A DNA stretch of 64,000 bases, from contig NIVC01000506.1 in the NCBI GenBank assembly GCA_002269645.1, positions 248,001-312,000 of the forward strand. The letters are read 5' to 3'. This stretch comes from Macrostomum lignano. Its lineage: Eukaryota. This document shows positions 1 to 13,124 of this stretch, piece after piece. Numbering within the stretch: position 1 is the stretch's first letter; each line of letters starts with the position of its first letter. The notes under the pieces are model-generated. The model did not search any database. It was given only the letters and a program-made list of their open reading frames with translations, and was not told the origin of the DNA. Position numbers and translations under genes: made by a program.

Positions 1-3000
1 ACCTACAGTCAGTCGGAAGCCAGCGTTGGCGAGTCCACCGGCACGGTGAGGCCCACAGGGGCCAATCGACAAGGCGAGTTGGCTAATGAGCCAGCCCCAG
101 GACGCGGTGTGCGGAGACGCGAAGGTGCTGGATCCGGCAGTGAGGAATCGAGAAGCTCCCGGAGACCGAGCGAACTTGGATACAATAGACGCCCTGATGA
201 TGATGCTTTCAGTGACAGAGACAAAACCGGGAGCCCAGACAGGCATCCTGACAAACCTAGCCATGCGAATTCCAGCGACAGGACTCTAGATGCGCGGGAT
301 TCCCAGTCAGCAAGTGCCAGGGACAAGACTCTGTATAAGCAGCGCAACGATTCTCATTCTCCCAGTAACAGGGATCAAAGTCAAGGTGAAAGATTTGTCG
401 ATTCTCAGCCAACGAGTGCCAGAGACAGAAGTTGGGATCAGCAATTCGACCAGCTTGGCAGGACCAATTCTCAGGCCGGCAGCAAAGATGGACGCCGCAC
501 AGGGGAATTCGAAAATAAATCAAATGCTGCGATTAGTAGAGATGGATACCCGGATCAACGATATGACGGTATAGCAGTGAGTAACAGGGACAGAAGTCCA
601 GACGGACGGTATGACGGCTCTCAGCCTCCCAGCACTAGAGACAGAAGCCGAGACAGACGATATGACGGGTCTCAACCTCCCAGCGCGAGAGACAGAAGCC
701 GAGACAGACGGTATGGCGGCTCTCAGCCTCCCAGCACTAGAGACAGAAGCCGAGACAGACGGTATGACGGCTCTCAGCCTCCGAGCACTACAGACAGAAG
801 CCGAGACAGACGGTATGACGAGTCTCAGCCTCCCAGCACTACAGACAGAAGCCGAGACAGACGTTATGACGGCTCTCAGCCTCCCAGTGCGAGAGACAGA
901 AGCCGAGAGAGACACAAAGACGACTCTCATCCACCCAGTGCAAGAGACAGAAGCCGAGACAGACGTTATGACGGCTCTCAGCCTCCCAGTGCGAGAGACA
1001 AAAGCCGAGAGAGACGTTATGACGGCTCTCAGCCTCCCAGCGCGAGAGACAAAAGCCGAGAGAGACGTTATGACGGCTCTCAGCCTCCCAGTGCGAGAGA
1101 CAAAAGCCGAGAGAGACGTTATGACGGCTCTCAGCCTCCCAGCACTACAGACAGAAGCCGAGACAGACGGTATGACGGCTCTCTGCATCCTTATGCGAGA
1201 GACGGAAGTCGAGACAGAAGCCGAGACAGACGATATGACGGCTCTCAACCTCCCAGTGCGAGAGACAGAAGCCGAGACAGACGATATGACGGCTCTCAAC
1301 CTCCCAGTGCCAGAGACAGAAGCCGAGAGAGACACAAAGACGACTCTCATCTACCCAGTGCGAGAGACAGAAGCCGAGACAGACGTTATGACGGCTCTCA
1401 GCCTCCCAGCGCGAGAGACAGAAGCCGAGACAGACGTTATGACGGCTCTCAGCCTCCCAGCGCAAGAGACAGAAGCCGAGAGAGACACAAAGACGACTCT
1501 CATCTACCCAGTGCGAGAGACAGAAGCCGAGACAGACGTTATGACGGCTCTCAGCCTCCCAGCGCGAGAGACAGAAGCCGAGACAGACGTTATGACGGCT
1601 CTCAGCCTCCCAGCGCGAGAGACAGAAGCCAAGAGAGAGACAAAGACGACTCTCATTCATTCAATAAGAGACACAAAAGCCAAGACAGAAGGTATGACGG
1701 CTCTCAGCCTTACAGCGTGAGAGACAGAAGCCTAGAAAGAGACAAAGACGACTCTCATCCATCCAATAAGAGAGATAGCAGCCGAGACAAACGGTATGAC
1801 GCCTCTCAGCCTCCCAGCGCGAGAGACAGAAGCCGAGAGAGACACAAAGACGCCTCTCAGCCTCCCAGCACGAGAGACAGAAGCCGAGACAGACGATATG
1901 ACGGGTCTCAGCCTCCCAGCGCAAGAGACAGAAGCCGAGACAGACGATATGACGGGTCTCAGCCTCCCAGCGCAAGAGACAGAAGCCGAGACAGACGTTA
2001 TGACGGCTCTCAGCCTCCCAGCGCAAGAGACAGAAGCCGCGAGAGACACAAAGACGACTCTCATCCACCCAGTGCGAGAGACAGAAGCCGAGACAGACGG
2101 TATGACGAGTCTCAGCCTCCCAGCACTACAGACAGAAGCCGAGACAGACGGTATGACGACTCTCATCCACCCAATAAGAGAGACAGAAGCCGAGACAGAC
2201 TGTATGACGATTCTCAGCCTGTAAGTCTGAAAGACCGACCCCAAAATAAGCAACACAGTGAACTGAATTTTGCCAGCACAAAGGAGAAAAATAAAGACAG
2301 GCGGTACGACAGCCATCAGCCTCTCAGCGCGAGAGACAGAAGCCAAGAGAGACACAAAGACGACTCTCATCCACCCAGCGCGAGAGACAGAAGCCAAGAC
2401 AGACGTTATGACGGCTCTCAGCCTCCCAGCGCGAGAGACAGAAGCCAAGAGAGAGACAAAGACGACTCTCATTCATTCAATAAGAGACACAAAAGCCAAG
2501 ACAGAAGGTATGACGGCTCTCAGCCTTACAGCGTGAGAGACAGAAGCCTAGAAAGAGACAAAGACGACTCTCATCCATCCAATAAGAGAGATAGCAGCCG
2601 AGACAAACGGTATGACGCCTCTCAGCCTCCCAGCGCGAGAGACAGAAGCCGAGAGAGACACAAAGACGCCTCTCAGCCTCCAAGCACGAGAGACAGAAGC
2701 CGAGACAGACGATATGACGGGTCTCAGCCTCCCAGCGCAAGAGACAGAAGCCGAGACAGACGATATGACGGGTCTCAGCCTCCCAGCGCAAGAGACAGAA
2801 GCCGAGAGAGACACAAAGACGACTCTCATCTACCCAGTGCGAGAGACAGAAGCCGAGACAGACGTTATGACGGCTCTCAGCCTCCCAGCGCGAGAGACAG
2901 AAGCCGAGACAGACGTTATGACGGCTCTCAGCCTCCCAGCGCAAGAGACAGAAGCCGAGACAGACGTTATGACGGCTCTCAGCCTCCCAGCGCAAGAGAC

Positions 3001-6000
3001 AGAAGCCGCGAGAGACACAAAGACGACTCTCATCCACCCAGTGCGAGAGACAGAAGTCGAGACAGACGATATGACGGGTCTCAGCCTTCCAGCCCGAGAG
3101 ACAGAAGCCGAGACAGACGGTATGACGAGTCTCAGCCTCCCAGCACTACAGACAGAAGCCGAGACAGACGGTATGACGACTCTCATCCACCCAATAAGAG
3201 AGACAGAAGCCGAGACAGACTGTATGACGATTCTCAGCCTGTAAGTCTGAAAGACCGACCCCAAAATAAGCAACACAGTGAACTGAATTTTGCCAGCACA
3301 AAGGAGAAAAATAAAGACAGGCGGTACGACAGCCATCAGCCTCTCAGCGCGAGAGACAGAAGCCAAGAGAGACACAAAGACGACTCTCATCCACCCAGCG
3401 CGAGAGACAGAAGCCGAGACAGACGTTATGACGGCTCTCAGCCTCCCAGCGCGAGAGACAGAAGCCAAGAGAGAGACAAAGACGACTCTCATTCATTCAA
3501 TAAGAGACACAAAAGCCAAGACAGAAGGTATGACGGCTCTCAGCCTTACAGCGTGAGAGACAGAAGCCTAGAAAGAGACAAAGACGACTCTCATCCATCC
3601 AATAAGAGAGATAGCAGCCGAGACAAACGGTATGACGCCTCTCAGCCTCCCAGCGCGAGAGACAGAAGCCGAGAGAGACACAAAGACGCCTCTCAGCCTC
3701 CCAGCACGAGAGACAGAAGCCGAGACAGACGATATGACGGGTCTCAGCCTCCCAGCGCAAGAGACAGAAGCCGAGACAGACGATATGACGGGTCTCAGCC
3801 TCCCAGCGCAAGAGACAGAAGCCGAGACAGACGTTATGACGGCTCTCAGCCTCCCAGCGCAAGAGACAGAAGCCGCGAGAGACACAAAGACGACTCTCAT
3901 CCACCCAGTGCGAGAGACAGAAGCCGAGACAGACGGTATGACGAGTCTCAGCCTCCCAGCACTACAGACAGAAGCCGAGACAGACGGTATGACGACTCTC
4001 ATCCACCCAATAAGAGAGACAGAAGCCGAGACAGACTGTATGACGATTCTCAGCCTGTAAGTCTGAAAGACCGACCCCAAAATAAGCAACACAGTGAACT
4101 GAATTTTGCCAGCACAAAGGAGAAAAATAAAGACAGGCGGTACGACAGCCATCAGCCTCCCAGCGCGAGAGACAGAAGCCGAGAGAGAGACAAAGACGAC
4201 TCTCATTCATCCAATAAGAGAGACAGAAGCCGAGACAGACGGTATGATGATGCTCAACCTCCCAATGCGAGAGACAGAAGCCGAGACAGACGGTATGATG
4301 ATGCTCAATCTCCTAATGCGAGAGACAGAAGCCGAGACAGACGGTATGACGGCTCCCAGCCTCCCAGTGCGAGAGACAGAAGACGAGAGAAGCAGAAAGA
4401 TGACTCTCATCCAACCAGTGCGAGAGACAGAAGTAAAGACGGACAGAAAGACGACTCTCATCCTCCCAATGCAAGAGACAAACGGTACGACGGTTCTGAG
4501 GATGAAAACAAAGGAGGTCGAGATGGACGATTAGACAAAAATAGAAAAAACGATTCTCATGATGCGAGTTTCACGCACAGATCGAAAGACAAACATGATA
4601 GCGAATCTTGCAATGCTGGCGCCAAAGACAGAAGGTACGATGACTCACAGCTAACGAATTCTGGAGTCAAAGAAAGTCTCGACGGTGAATCTCATCCTAC
4701 CAGTGCCAGAGACAAAAGTCGAGACAGACGGCACGGTGATACTCATGCTGTACTTGACAGTGACGGAGATGTAGACAATCCTTTTAACAGAACTGGCAGG
4801 CACGATTCACAGGATTTGAGTACGAGAGAAAGACCCTGTGTTGGACTCACTGCCGAATTTTATTCCCAAAGCACAAACGACGGCGACGAACGGTACAACG
4901 ATTCTCAGCGTGTGCGTGGGAAACACAGGTTTAAGCCGGAATCGGAAGGTGAATCTCAGAGTAAAAGTGCAAAAGACGGAAGTGAAGATCTGCGAAATGA
5001 CGACTCTCTCGCGGTCAGTGCCAGAGATCAAAGCCGCGACCGATGGTGCGACGACTCTCATCCTGCCAGTGCGAGAGACAGAAGTGAAGAAAGACGATAC
5101 GACCCTCGACCTGTGGGCGAAATAGACGGACAGAGGGAAAAACTGGACGGATCTTTTGATTCGAGCGACAGAGACAGAAGTCAAGACAAACGGAACGAAG
5201 ACTCTCATTCTTCCAGTTCCAGAGACAGGCTCCAGAGACAGGAGACAGGAGAAACGTCCGTACCTCGCTATACAAACGATGCTAAACAGCCTGCTGAGAT
5301 GAGCCCAGGCGATTGGCGCAAAGGACAAGTTAAGCTTGACGCAAAGCCTGAAGCCGGCCATCAACCCAAGGACCAGTCAGTATCAGTGAGTCCTCGGCAC
5401 CAGAGCAAGCCAAGTGGACAGAGTCTAAACGAAGCCGATAAGCCAGCTGCCGAAGTGGAATTCAAGTCTGGTGAAACGAATTCTCGGCTAGAAAGTCCCA
5501 TTGCGCAACGAGACTCTACGAGGCAAGTCGACGCAAAGTCGCCAAGCCGCAGACGAGACACCAGTCGAGACAGTGATGGTCGGAGAAGCAGAAATGAAAA
5601 AATATCTGGAAAGTACTCTGGGCCTGTCAGCGCTAGCAGGCAGTTTGAAGGTGGGCATGAGAGTGACATTGATAGAAGCGCCAGATACAGAGATGGAAGA
5701 TCCACTCCAGATCTTGGCTTGCAAAGAACACCTCGAGGCAAACAACCTGGCAGTTCGGTAACAGAAGCTGGTGAACGGAAACCTCCGGGTGAACAGCCAA
5801 GTGCAGACAACAGAAGCGGGCAGAGCGGAACCGATTCGGACATTGATGCTGGCCAGAAACAAAAATCTAGGCGCTCTTCGACAGCTTCTCCAGCAGGTTC
5901 TCACCCCGAAAAACAGGGACAAGCACAAAGCAGTGATCCATCAAGGAGCCGAACGCGCGACTCTGACGGAGATCGCTCCGAAAAGTCATCGAAGACAGTC

Positions 6001-9000
6001 AGAGCGGACAGTTTGGCGACGAAAGCAGCATCCACTAGCGACGGACAGCAAAGGAAGGGAAATTTGAAACCCGTGTCTGTTAAATTATCTAATGAAAGTT
6101 CCGCGAAGGATGATAACCCAAGTGTGGCAACTGCGTCCTTGAGTGCCGAAGTCGATCCTGGCAGTTCAATGTCAAAGCCGGCTCGAAGTCGGTCCGGCGG
6201 TTCCGTCAGTCCAGCCCGAAGAACTCGCTGGGAGGACGAGGTGCAGCTGAAAGCAGAGCGAGGCGAAGCGCCTGAAGACACAGTTATCGCAGCGAGTCGA
6301 GACGATCTCAACGTCGGTGCTGGTGAACATCGACCTGATTTCACTCATCGATCTGACGCTGTTGACTCGAGAAAACGTCCAGATTCAGGTGGACAGACTG
6401 GTCTACGCAGCTCAGCTGAAAGTGATCAGCAAGATTTAAGCAGCGATGCGGATGGTGGTGCAGTGCACCGTCAAAACCGTCCAAATAGTAGAGGACGCGA
6501 AACAATGGCGAACTCAGAGAAGCTCAAAACATCCACAGAGGAATTGAATGACGCAATTCAACACGCGGATGCCATGGTTCGCTGGCATGGAGGTCGTGAT
6601 GGAGGGACTGACAATTCATTGACGAAACCACGCGGCTCGAACCAACTAGGATCGAACTCAACTACATTCTCTGACGCTGAGAAGTCCCCGACAAGCAGTG
6701 CAGCCGACTCTGAGATGGCCGGTAAAAATTTAGGCAAAAGTATTGCTGGCGAGAACCCAGAAAAGCCCCAAAGTGATCGAAGAAAGTATAACAAAGGCCT
6801 AAGCGATCAAGACAACGAAAGTCCCAGCGAGGCGTCCACTGTGCGTGGGGAACTAACGCAACTCAGTGCTTTCGATTCGCCTTTGCAAGCCGTTTCGAAC
6901 ACGGGAAGAACCAGGAAGGACAGGCATTTGGCGGAAGATGATTTGAATTCACCAAGCATAAAAGGTCAATCCGTGGATAGAGACCGCAAAAGTGCTGGAG
7001 AAAGTTCAGCTGCGCTACGAAGTGACTCACCTGATCAGTCTGAAAGATCTGACAGCGCTGTTGAGAGGGGGTCGGGCCCGATAGAAATCTCGCAGAAATC
7101 TGCCGGATTGTCAACGGGAAGCGGAAAATCTCTTGATGACGCTGAAGTCTGCGATGGAGGTCAGCAAAGTAAAGCCGAAAAGACAATGCTTGAAGACGAG
7201 CACGGAGCGTTAAAATTCGTTGATTCAAAAGCCGGATTTGATGGCCAACCTGATCCAACAAAGCGGGCGCAAATCCATGGCCAGACTGCGGGAATTTCGG
7301 CTGCAGGTTTTGAACCGGATGCACTATTGGGGAAAACTGGTAAAGACGGGGCTCAACTACCAGGTGATAAGCAACGAGTTGAAGGTACCACGGAATCGCA
7401 TGCGCGAGATGAACGAAGATCGAGTGAATCAAGCGGATCGGATGCTGAAGTTGCTCGTCACGCTGCTGAAGACGCCAAGCAGAAGCCGCTGATTCGCTTG
7501 GAAGAGCCAACGGATTCCGCATCGTCGGGCGGTGATGCGCATCGTGGGAAGCCGAGTAGCTTTAGGGAAGGCGCATCGAAGCAGCACGAGAACTGGCGCA
7601 CACCTGAGCATGGCTGGAAAGAAGGCAGGAAGTCAGAGATGGAGCCTGACAATTATAAAAACGATTCTAATAAAGAAAAGAAAGACACCCGAGGCGGCGG
7701 CGAAAAGGGTAAATTATCAGCGGAAGGAAAAATCAGTTCAAACGAAGAAACTTCCAGTGAGTCGACGCCGGATGCAGACACTGGCAGAGAGGGCAGGCCA
7801 GTGCGATCTCAGCCAGACTCCAAGGCTGCTCTGAACTCAGACAACCTCGCGACCTTTGCGAATGAAACTCGACCAGACGACCATCAAAAAGGCTCAACAG
7901 AGTCTGGAGCACCGGGTGCCAGTGACAGCGGTCAGTTGCGTCAGACAGCCCGACTTGGCGACAGCAGGCTCAATCAGCCAGGTGGAATTGACAGCAATAG
8001 AAGTCTAGACGATCCAAATAGCACTATAATGCCAGAGAGTAGAGTCGAAAGTTTACAGCAGATGGCTGCTGTTTTAGATAAGGCAGCTTCTGGGCGAGCA
8101 AACCGGAAGCAAAGTGGTCCAACCAGGACTGATGCCTCGCAAGAAGACAGATCTCCAGAGCTGCCAATTAGAGATAGCGGTGCTATTCGTGTTAAAGGAG
8201 AAACTTATTTTACTGATCAGTCCAGAACCGTCGCATCGCCAAGATCTCCATCCGGGCAGTCGGTTGGCGGGGAGTTCGGCACTCATGCAGGATCGGGCAT
8301 TCCCGTGCCGGTGAGGCGCCTGCAGCCTCGGTCCCCTAGCGCAGGACGAGCCGAGCAGCAGCAGCCGCCCCCACAGCAGCCGGTCTCGCTAACGTCTCCT
8401 CCAGCTCGCGAAATAAGTCCGTTTTCGACTGGCTCTGAACAATTTTTCTCTGGCTCAAAGATTCCAACGCGACTGAAATTCGAGCAAAAGAGCTCTTCAA
8501 AAGACAGTTACAGCAAAGACGCAACTGACGGAGTAGACCATTCCCAGAATAAAGCGGGAGATGATGCAGTAAATTCAGTCACGACGGGAAGTTCAGCTGC
8601 AACTGTTCAAGGAGAATTCGTTCAGGAAGATACTAGCATTAAAACCCGGATAAGCCAGCCTCCTAAAGAGTCGTTTAGCTTTAGCATCGAGTTGGCGCCA
8701 GAGCAACGAGTTCGCACAGAGGTCCTGGGAGCCCAGGGCGATGCAAAGTCGTCAGAGAACACGCAACTGCAATCGGCAAGACGACAAGCGCTTGAACTTG
8801 GGCTTCGGGGCCAACAAAAACTCCTGAAAGGAACCGATGCGAGCGACAGTGCCAACAGGCCCCAAAGTCAATCTGCTGATAATTCTTCCTCAGAAAATAA
8901 ATCCGAAGATAAATTCGACCGCCCACCTTCCTGGGCTATGAAAGATCCCAGTGGAACATCATCCGGCAGGTCGGACGACTCTCCCAATGCCGATAGGAGC

Positions 9001-11958
9001 GACAGTCGAAGGCTACCCGCAGCTGGCAGGGACCAAATGAGCCAAAAGTTGGCCCAAGCAGACACCGATGCGACAGGTCATGCAACACAGCAGAAAATGA
9101 CAAAGAATTTTGATTCGCAACCTGTTGAAAGCAGGCAGAAAACTCCAAGCTCGGCTCATGGATCACAGCAAAAAAGCCCGAGCGAGAGTTACTTGCATCC
9201 GGACAATGCAGGAAATTTGGAAGAACCCGAATACTCGGACAGCTTCACTAAGGACGTCTCCAATGACCGGACCGCCTCGGGGACTCACGACTCGGGCAAG
9301 AAGTCCAGCGAGTCCGGCCCGGATTCGACTCGGCACCGCCAGGAGTCCGCGGCAGAGAACACATTCCAACCGGCTGTGGCCGCCCAGAAGCCTGCAAATT
9401 TTTCCAGGAATCTCGACGCTGACGGAAAGCAAAGCCGGGCAGGAGGACGATCGGAGAGCAGCTTCGAGGCTGATGTGGAACCATCGGATCCCAGCGCAGC
9501 CGGGGAGCACGCGGCTTCGTCGCTGTCTAGGCAGGAGCTGAAGGGCTCCCAGGGCTCCGGCAGGCAACGGCAGCAGCAGAGGACGCAGCAGCATCCGGTT
9601 TACAGCAGCAGCCTCAGCAGCTCGGGCACTGCCAGTCCTAATGAAGTGCTCAATGTGAAGCGCTCAACAGGTGAGAAATTTACTCGTATTAATGCGTGAA
9701 ATAAAAAGGCATGCACTACCTACGCGTGCTTTCAAGCTCAGGCTGACTCGTAAACGCAGCTGAAAAATTTAAGCTGTTCGGGCACGACGGACCCATGGGT
9801 AGGACCCATAATCATATAAACCCTCAAGGCGTCAGGAAGTATATGTGGGTTGGGGTTGAACGAACTGTCTCTGAGTTGACAGCCACCCTCCTTTATGCAA
9901 AGACGATAAATATTTTATTTCTTATTTCACTGTTTTAAGAGCGACCGTCACAGCCGGGCAGCGCGTCGGCCGCAAGAGGGCCAGGCAAGATGCGTGCTCG
10001 CAGCAGCTCCGAGTCGGAGATTTCCCAGCAGCACGAGCCGATCTTTGTTCGCATTGCAGTCAACGATCGGCGCAAACGCGATGGCGTCCAGCTGTGTCGC
10101 AGCGTACCGAACCTCAGCAGCGTCAGCGGAGGCGGCGAAGACCTCGGCAGCCGGCAGCTGGAGCAGCTCGCACCACAACCGATGTCGCCTCCAACAGGAA
10201 GTCGCGACGCTTCCGAGGCAACCTCTATGCTGACGCAGTCGGCGCCTCCAATCATGAACCCGGACATGCAGCAGCAGCGTCTGCTCCAGCAGGACCTGCG
10301 GAACACGCTGTCCGATTTGGACGACGAAGAGTTTGAAGCTTTTGTCACCGGCGTGGACCAGATCGTCAGCCAGATTCGAGCCGAGGCTAAGGAACCTAAC
10401 GAGCCGCTGGAGCTGCCCGCGATCGATACTCGACTTCCTGATCCGGGCAGCAACCGCCTGTACTCCTCCGACTCCGAGGCCAACGACGTCTGCGGCACGC
10501 CTTCGCGGGCCAAGATCCTGAGCTCTTTGCGGGCGACTCGGCAGAATCGAAAAGCCGCGGCCGCAGCAGCCGGCACTGAAGGTTCCTCGACTGGAGCCTC
10601 AGCAAGCGATGCTGAAGGCTCCGGCGACGGTGACCGACAACGACCGCCTCGCCGCCGCCCGCCGCAGCGCCGCTCCCAGTCCGCCACGAGTCGCTCTAGC
10701 GAAGCCCTTGGCGACAGCCGTCGCTCTAATCCGCTGCGTCGGAGGACGCCACAACCGTCACCGATGAAGCCACCGGCTCCACTGCCGTCGCAGCTGCCGC
10801 GGTTCAGCGTCCGAGTTAGACCCGACATCGGAGGCGAGACGGCCGAGGTCAAGTCGCATCACCCACAACCGGGCACCGACCCGACGCACGACACACTGAT
10901 CGAGGCGGCCAAGCAGAAAGTTGCAAGGATCAGAGGTGAAGGCCGTCGAACCGCATCAGGAGGGACCTCCTCTGAAGACGACGACACTCTGAAGGACGAA
11001 ACAGATGACAGCGAAGCAAAGGGAAGAGCAAAATCAAACGGAGGCAATCAAACTGACACGGACATCTCGTCAAGCGTTCTATCGGACGAAGCTGGCAAAC
11101 GTGCGGAGGCACCAAAGCCGACGGAAGCTGTCAAATCTGCCAAGGTCGAGGCCCGATCCACAGCCTCGGTGCTGCTCCCCGACAGGCCGCGCGTGGTCAG
11201 CGGGAAGTCAGTCACGAGGGCGACTGTACCCCAGATGTCAGCCGCGGCTCAACCGCTGGAGTCTCGACAGCTGCGCCTGCCGCGGCGCATCGGGCCCGAC
11301 GGCTTCCTGAGCGACGGCAGCATCTTCTCGGACGATGACAATCTGCAGCGCCGTCGGCTGGCTGCCCGCGCGGGCCGGATTCACCTGCTGGCGCTCGAGT
11401 CCTCCTTCGAGACGCTGTACGATCCGAACCTGCAGCGCTCGGACGGTCTGTCAGTTGGCCGGGACTCGAGCCGGGACTTCCGCCTGAGCAGCAGCTCGGC
11501 TTCTGAGAATGACGCGGTGGGAGGGCGTCGGCCGGGTCGGCAGCCGCTGGTGGATCTGCTCGAGGCCGCTGAGGCTCCATCCAGTGGCGGCGACAACGGC
11601 GCCTCATCGTCGCCCAGCGCATCCGACGCAGAGGTTCTACGGGAGATGGAGCTCAGGTGAGGCTGGGTAGCACACTTGGGGCTTCAATTCGTTAAGTTTT
11701 GCTTCCTGTAAAAGAGCGGATAAGAATCCCTTTAAGCCTCATGTGATGATTCATATTTTCGAAGAACGGACACTCCTTTCTGCCTTAGGAAAAAAATTGA
11801 AGGCTCAAGGATTCCCGTGAGTACTGTTACTTTCGAGCTCCACGACGCGTCCTCATTAAAAAATCCCCTTTATTAAAATTAAATTATTGTGTAACCACTT
11901 ATCCCCTGATGATTCCAGAAACTCAAAGCACCAGTTGGAGCTGCTGCAAGAGGACTGA
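1..11958 (+). CDS. Giant low-complexity R/D/S-rich protein, 5'-partial (exons <1..9670, 9940..11656, probable last exon 11919..11958; >=3808 aa)
   Basis: Frame is open from base 1. Donor AG|GTGAGA at 9671 (phase 1) joins acceptor ttttaag|9940 in frame with the 9990..11660 ORF. Donor AG|GTGAGG at 11657 (phase 2) joins gattccag|11919, giving RNSKHQLELLQED*. Total 11427 nt, divisible by 3. No recognisable globular domain. Confidence 0.8.
565..4480 (+). repeat. Coding tandem array, 51-bp/17-aa unit (RDRSRDRRYDGSQPPSA), about 75 copies, with 816/1020-bp higher-order repeats
   Basis: Unit is visible directly. Variant markers recur at 1663/2479/3499 and 2201/3221/4037, i.e. spacings of 816 (16x51) and 1020 (20x51). 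Confidence 0.95.
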
Positions 11959-13124
11959 AAGCAACAGGTGTCATAAACGGAGACAGGAAATGCATGCCTC
12001 GCTAGCCTCATATGCGTTATGCATGTACCTGCGTATCGTATTTGCACCGAGAACCAAACTTTTCCATGAAAACTAATTCCAAACTTCAAAACACTCCACG
12101 ACTTCCACATTTAGCCCGAAATTATTTTTCATCGCTTTTACTTTTGTTGAATTGGTTTCATCGTGAGTCTCGCGTCGCACAATAACACTTATTTGAACTG
12201 GTGCGAATTTGTTTTACCGCACTTTTTGCCAATTAAAAAACGCACTTTCAGCTACTCTTCCGCGCGAACTCTGCCTGGCTTTTGACAAGCCAGTCCGCAT
12301 TGCGTACATTCCTATAGCTGGTTAACTTTGCAACTATCATGATACTATTTTTGAAACTTTTAATCAGATCTTTTCATGTGTAATTTGTTGGCGAAATAAT
12401 ATTTATCTTTGTTAACTTGCTCACTAAAAGTTTTATAAACAAATCTCTATAAATTTTTTACAATATTTTACAATGTGTAATTTTTAAATCGAATTTTACA
12501 TCAATGCGAGATCAGCTGTTTGTTTAAAACAAAGTACACTCGAATCCGCTCCCGTCTCCGCGCTACGGAATTAGGCCAAGTTCATCTGTTAACTGTTTCT
12601 AAGAAACAACTGTTTAATTTTACAATTATTAGCAGCTCGACTTGCTTAGAGTTGAAAATAATCAATGATAAGCATTCAGCATCCTGCGAGTGCATGTTGA
12701 CTTTTGTTTGTCCAAACTATTGTCTTTTTGGACACAGTCAATATCCATCAAATCAGCGTTACCATGGCTAGACTAGGATCAGGACCACCAATACTAATGA
12801 CTGGACTGGGATCAGGACCACCACGACAAACGGCCATAGGCTAAGACGGTACTAGCAGAGCAATTCAAAATCTCCACGCAGATGCCGAAAATCGTAGGTC
12901 TACAAAAGAAAAATAAACTGAATGGCTGCAAGAATTCGCTTAAATCACATTAGCGAATTTACAGTATTTTCACCTTATTTACAGTAGTTTATGCGCAAAT
13001 ATTTGCACAAACAGCCAGCACCAATATTTCGACCATGTATAGTTAATAAAACGAAACTGAATTGACTTTCGCAAAAGTTTAAAAATGTTTGCTAATCCCG
13101 AGGATCTTGACATGCGGGACGCTC

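Noticed and set aside
520-4534. Many long alternative-frame and antisense ORFs over the 51-bp array
   Set aside because: They are by-products of a stop-poor tandem repeat and only repeat the unit in other frames.
11869-13050. Overlapping 3' UTRs of the convergent giant gene and receptor gene
   Set aside because: AATAAA/ATTAAA candidates exist on both strands at several positions, so overlap cannot be inferred without 3'-end data.
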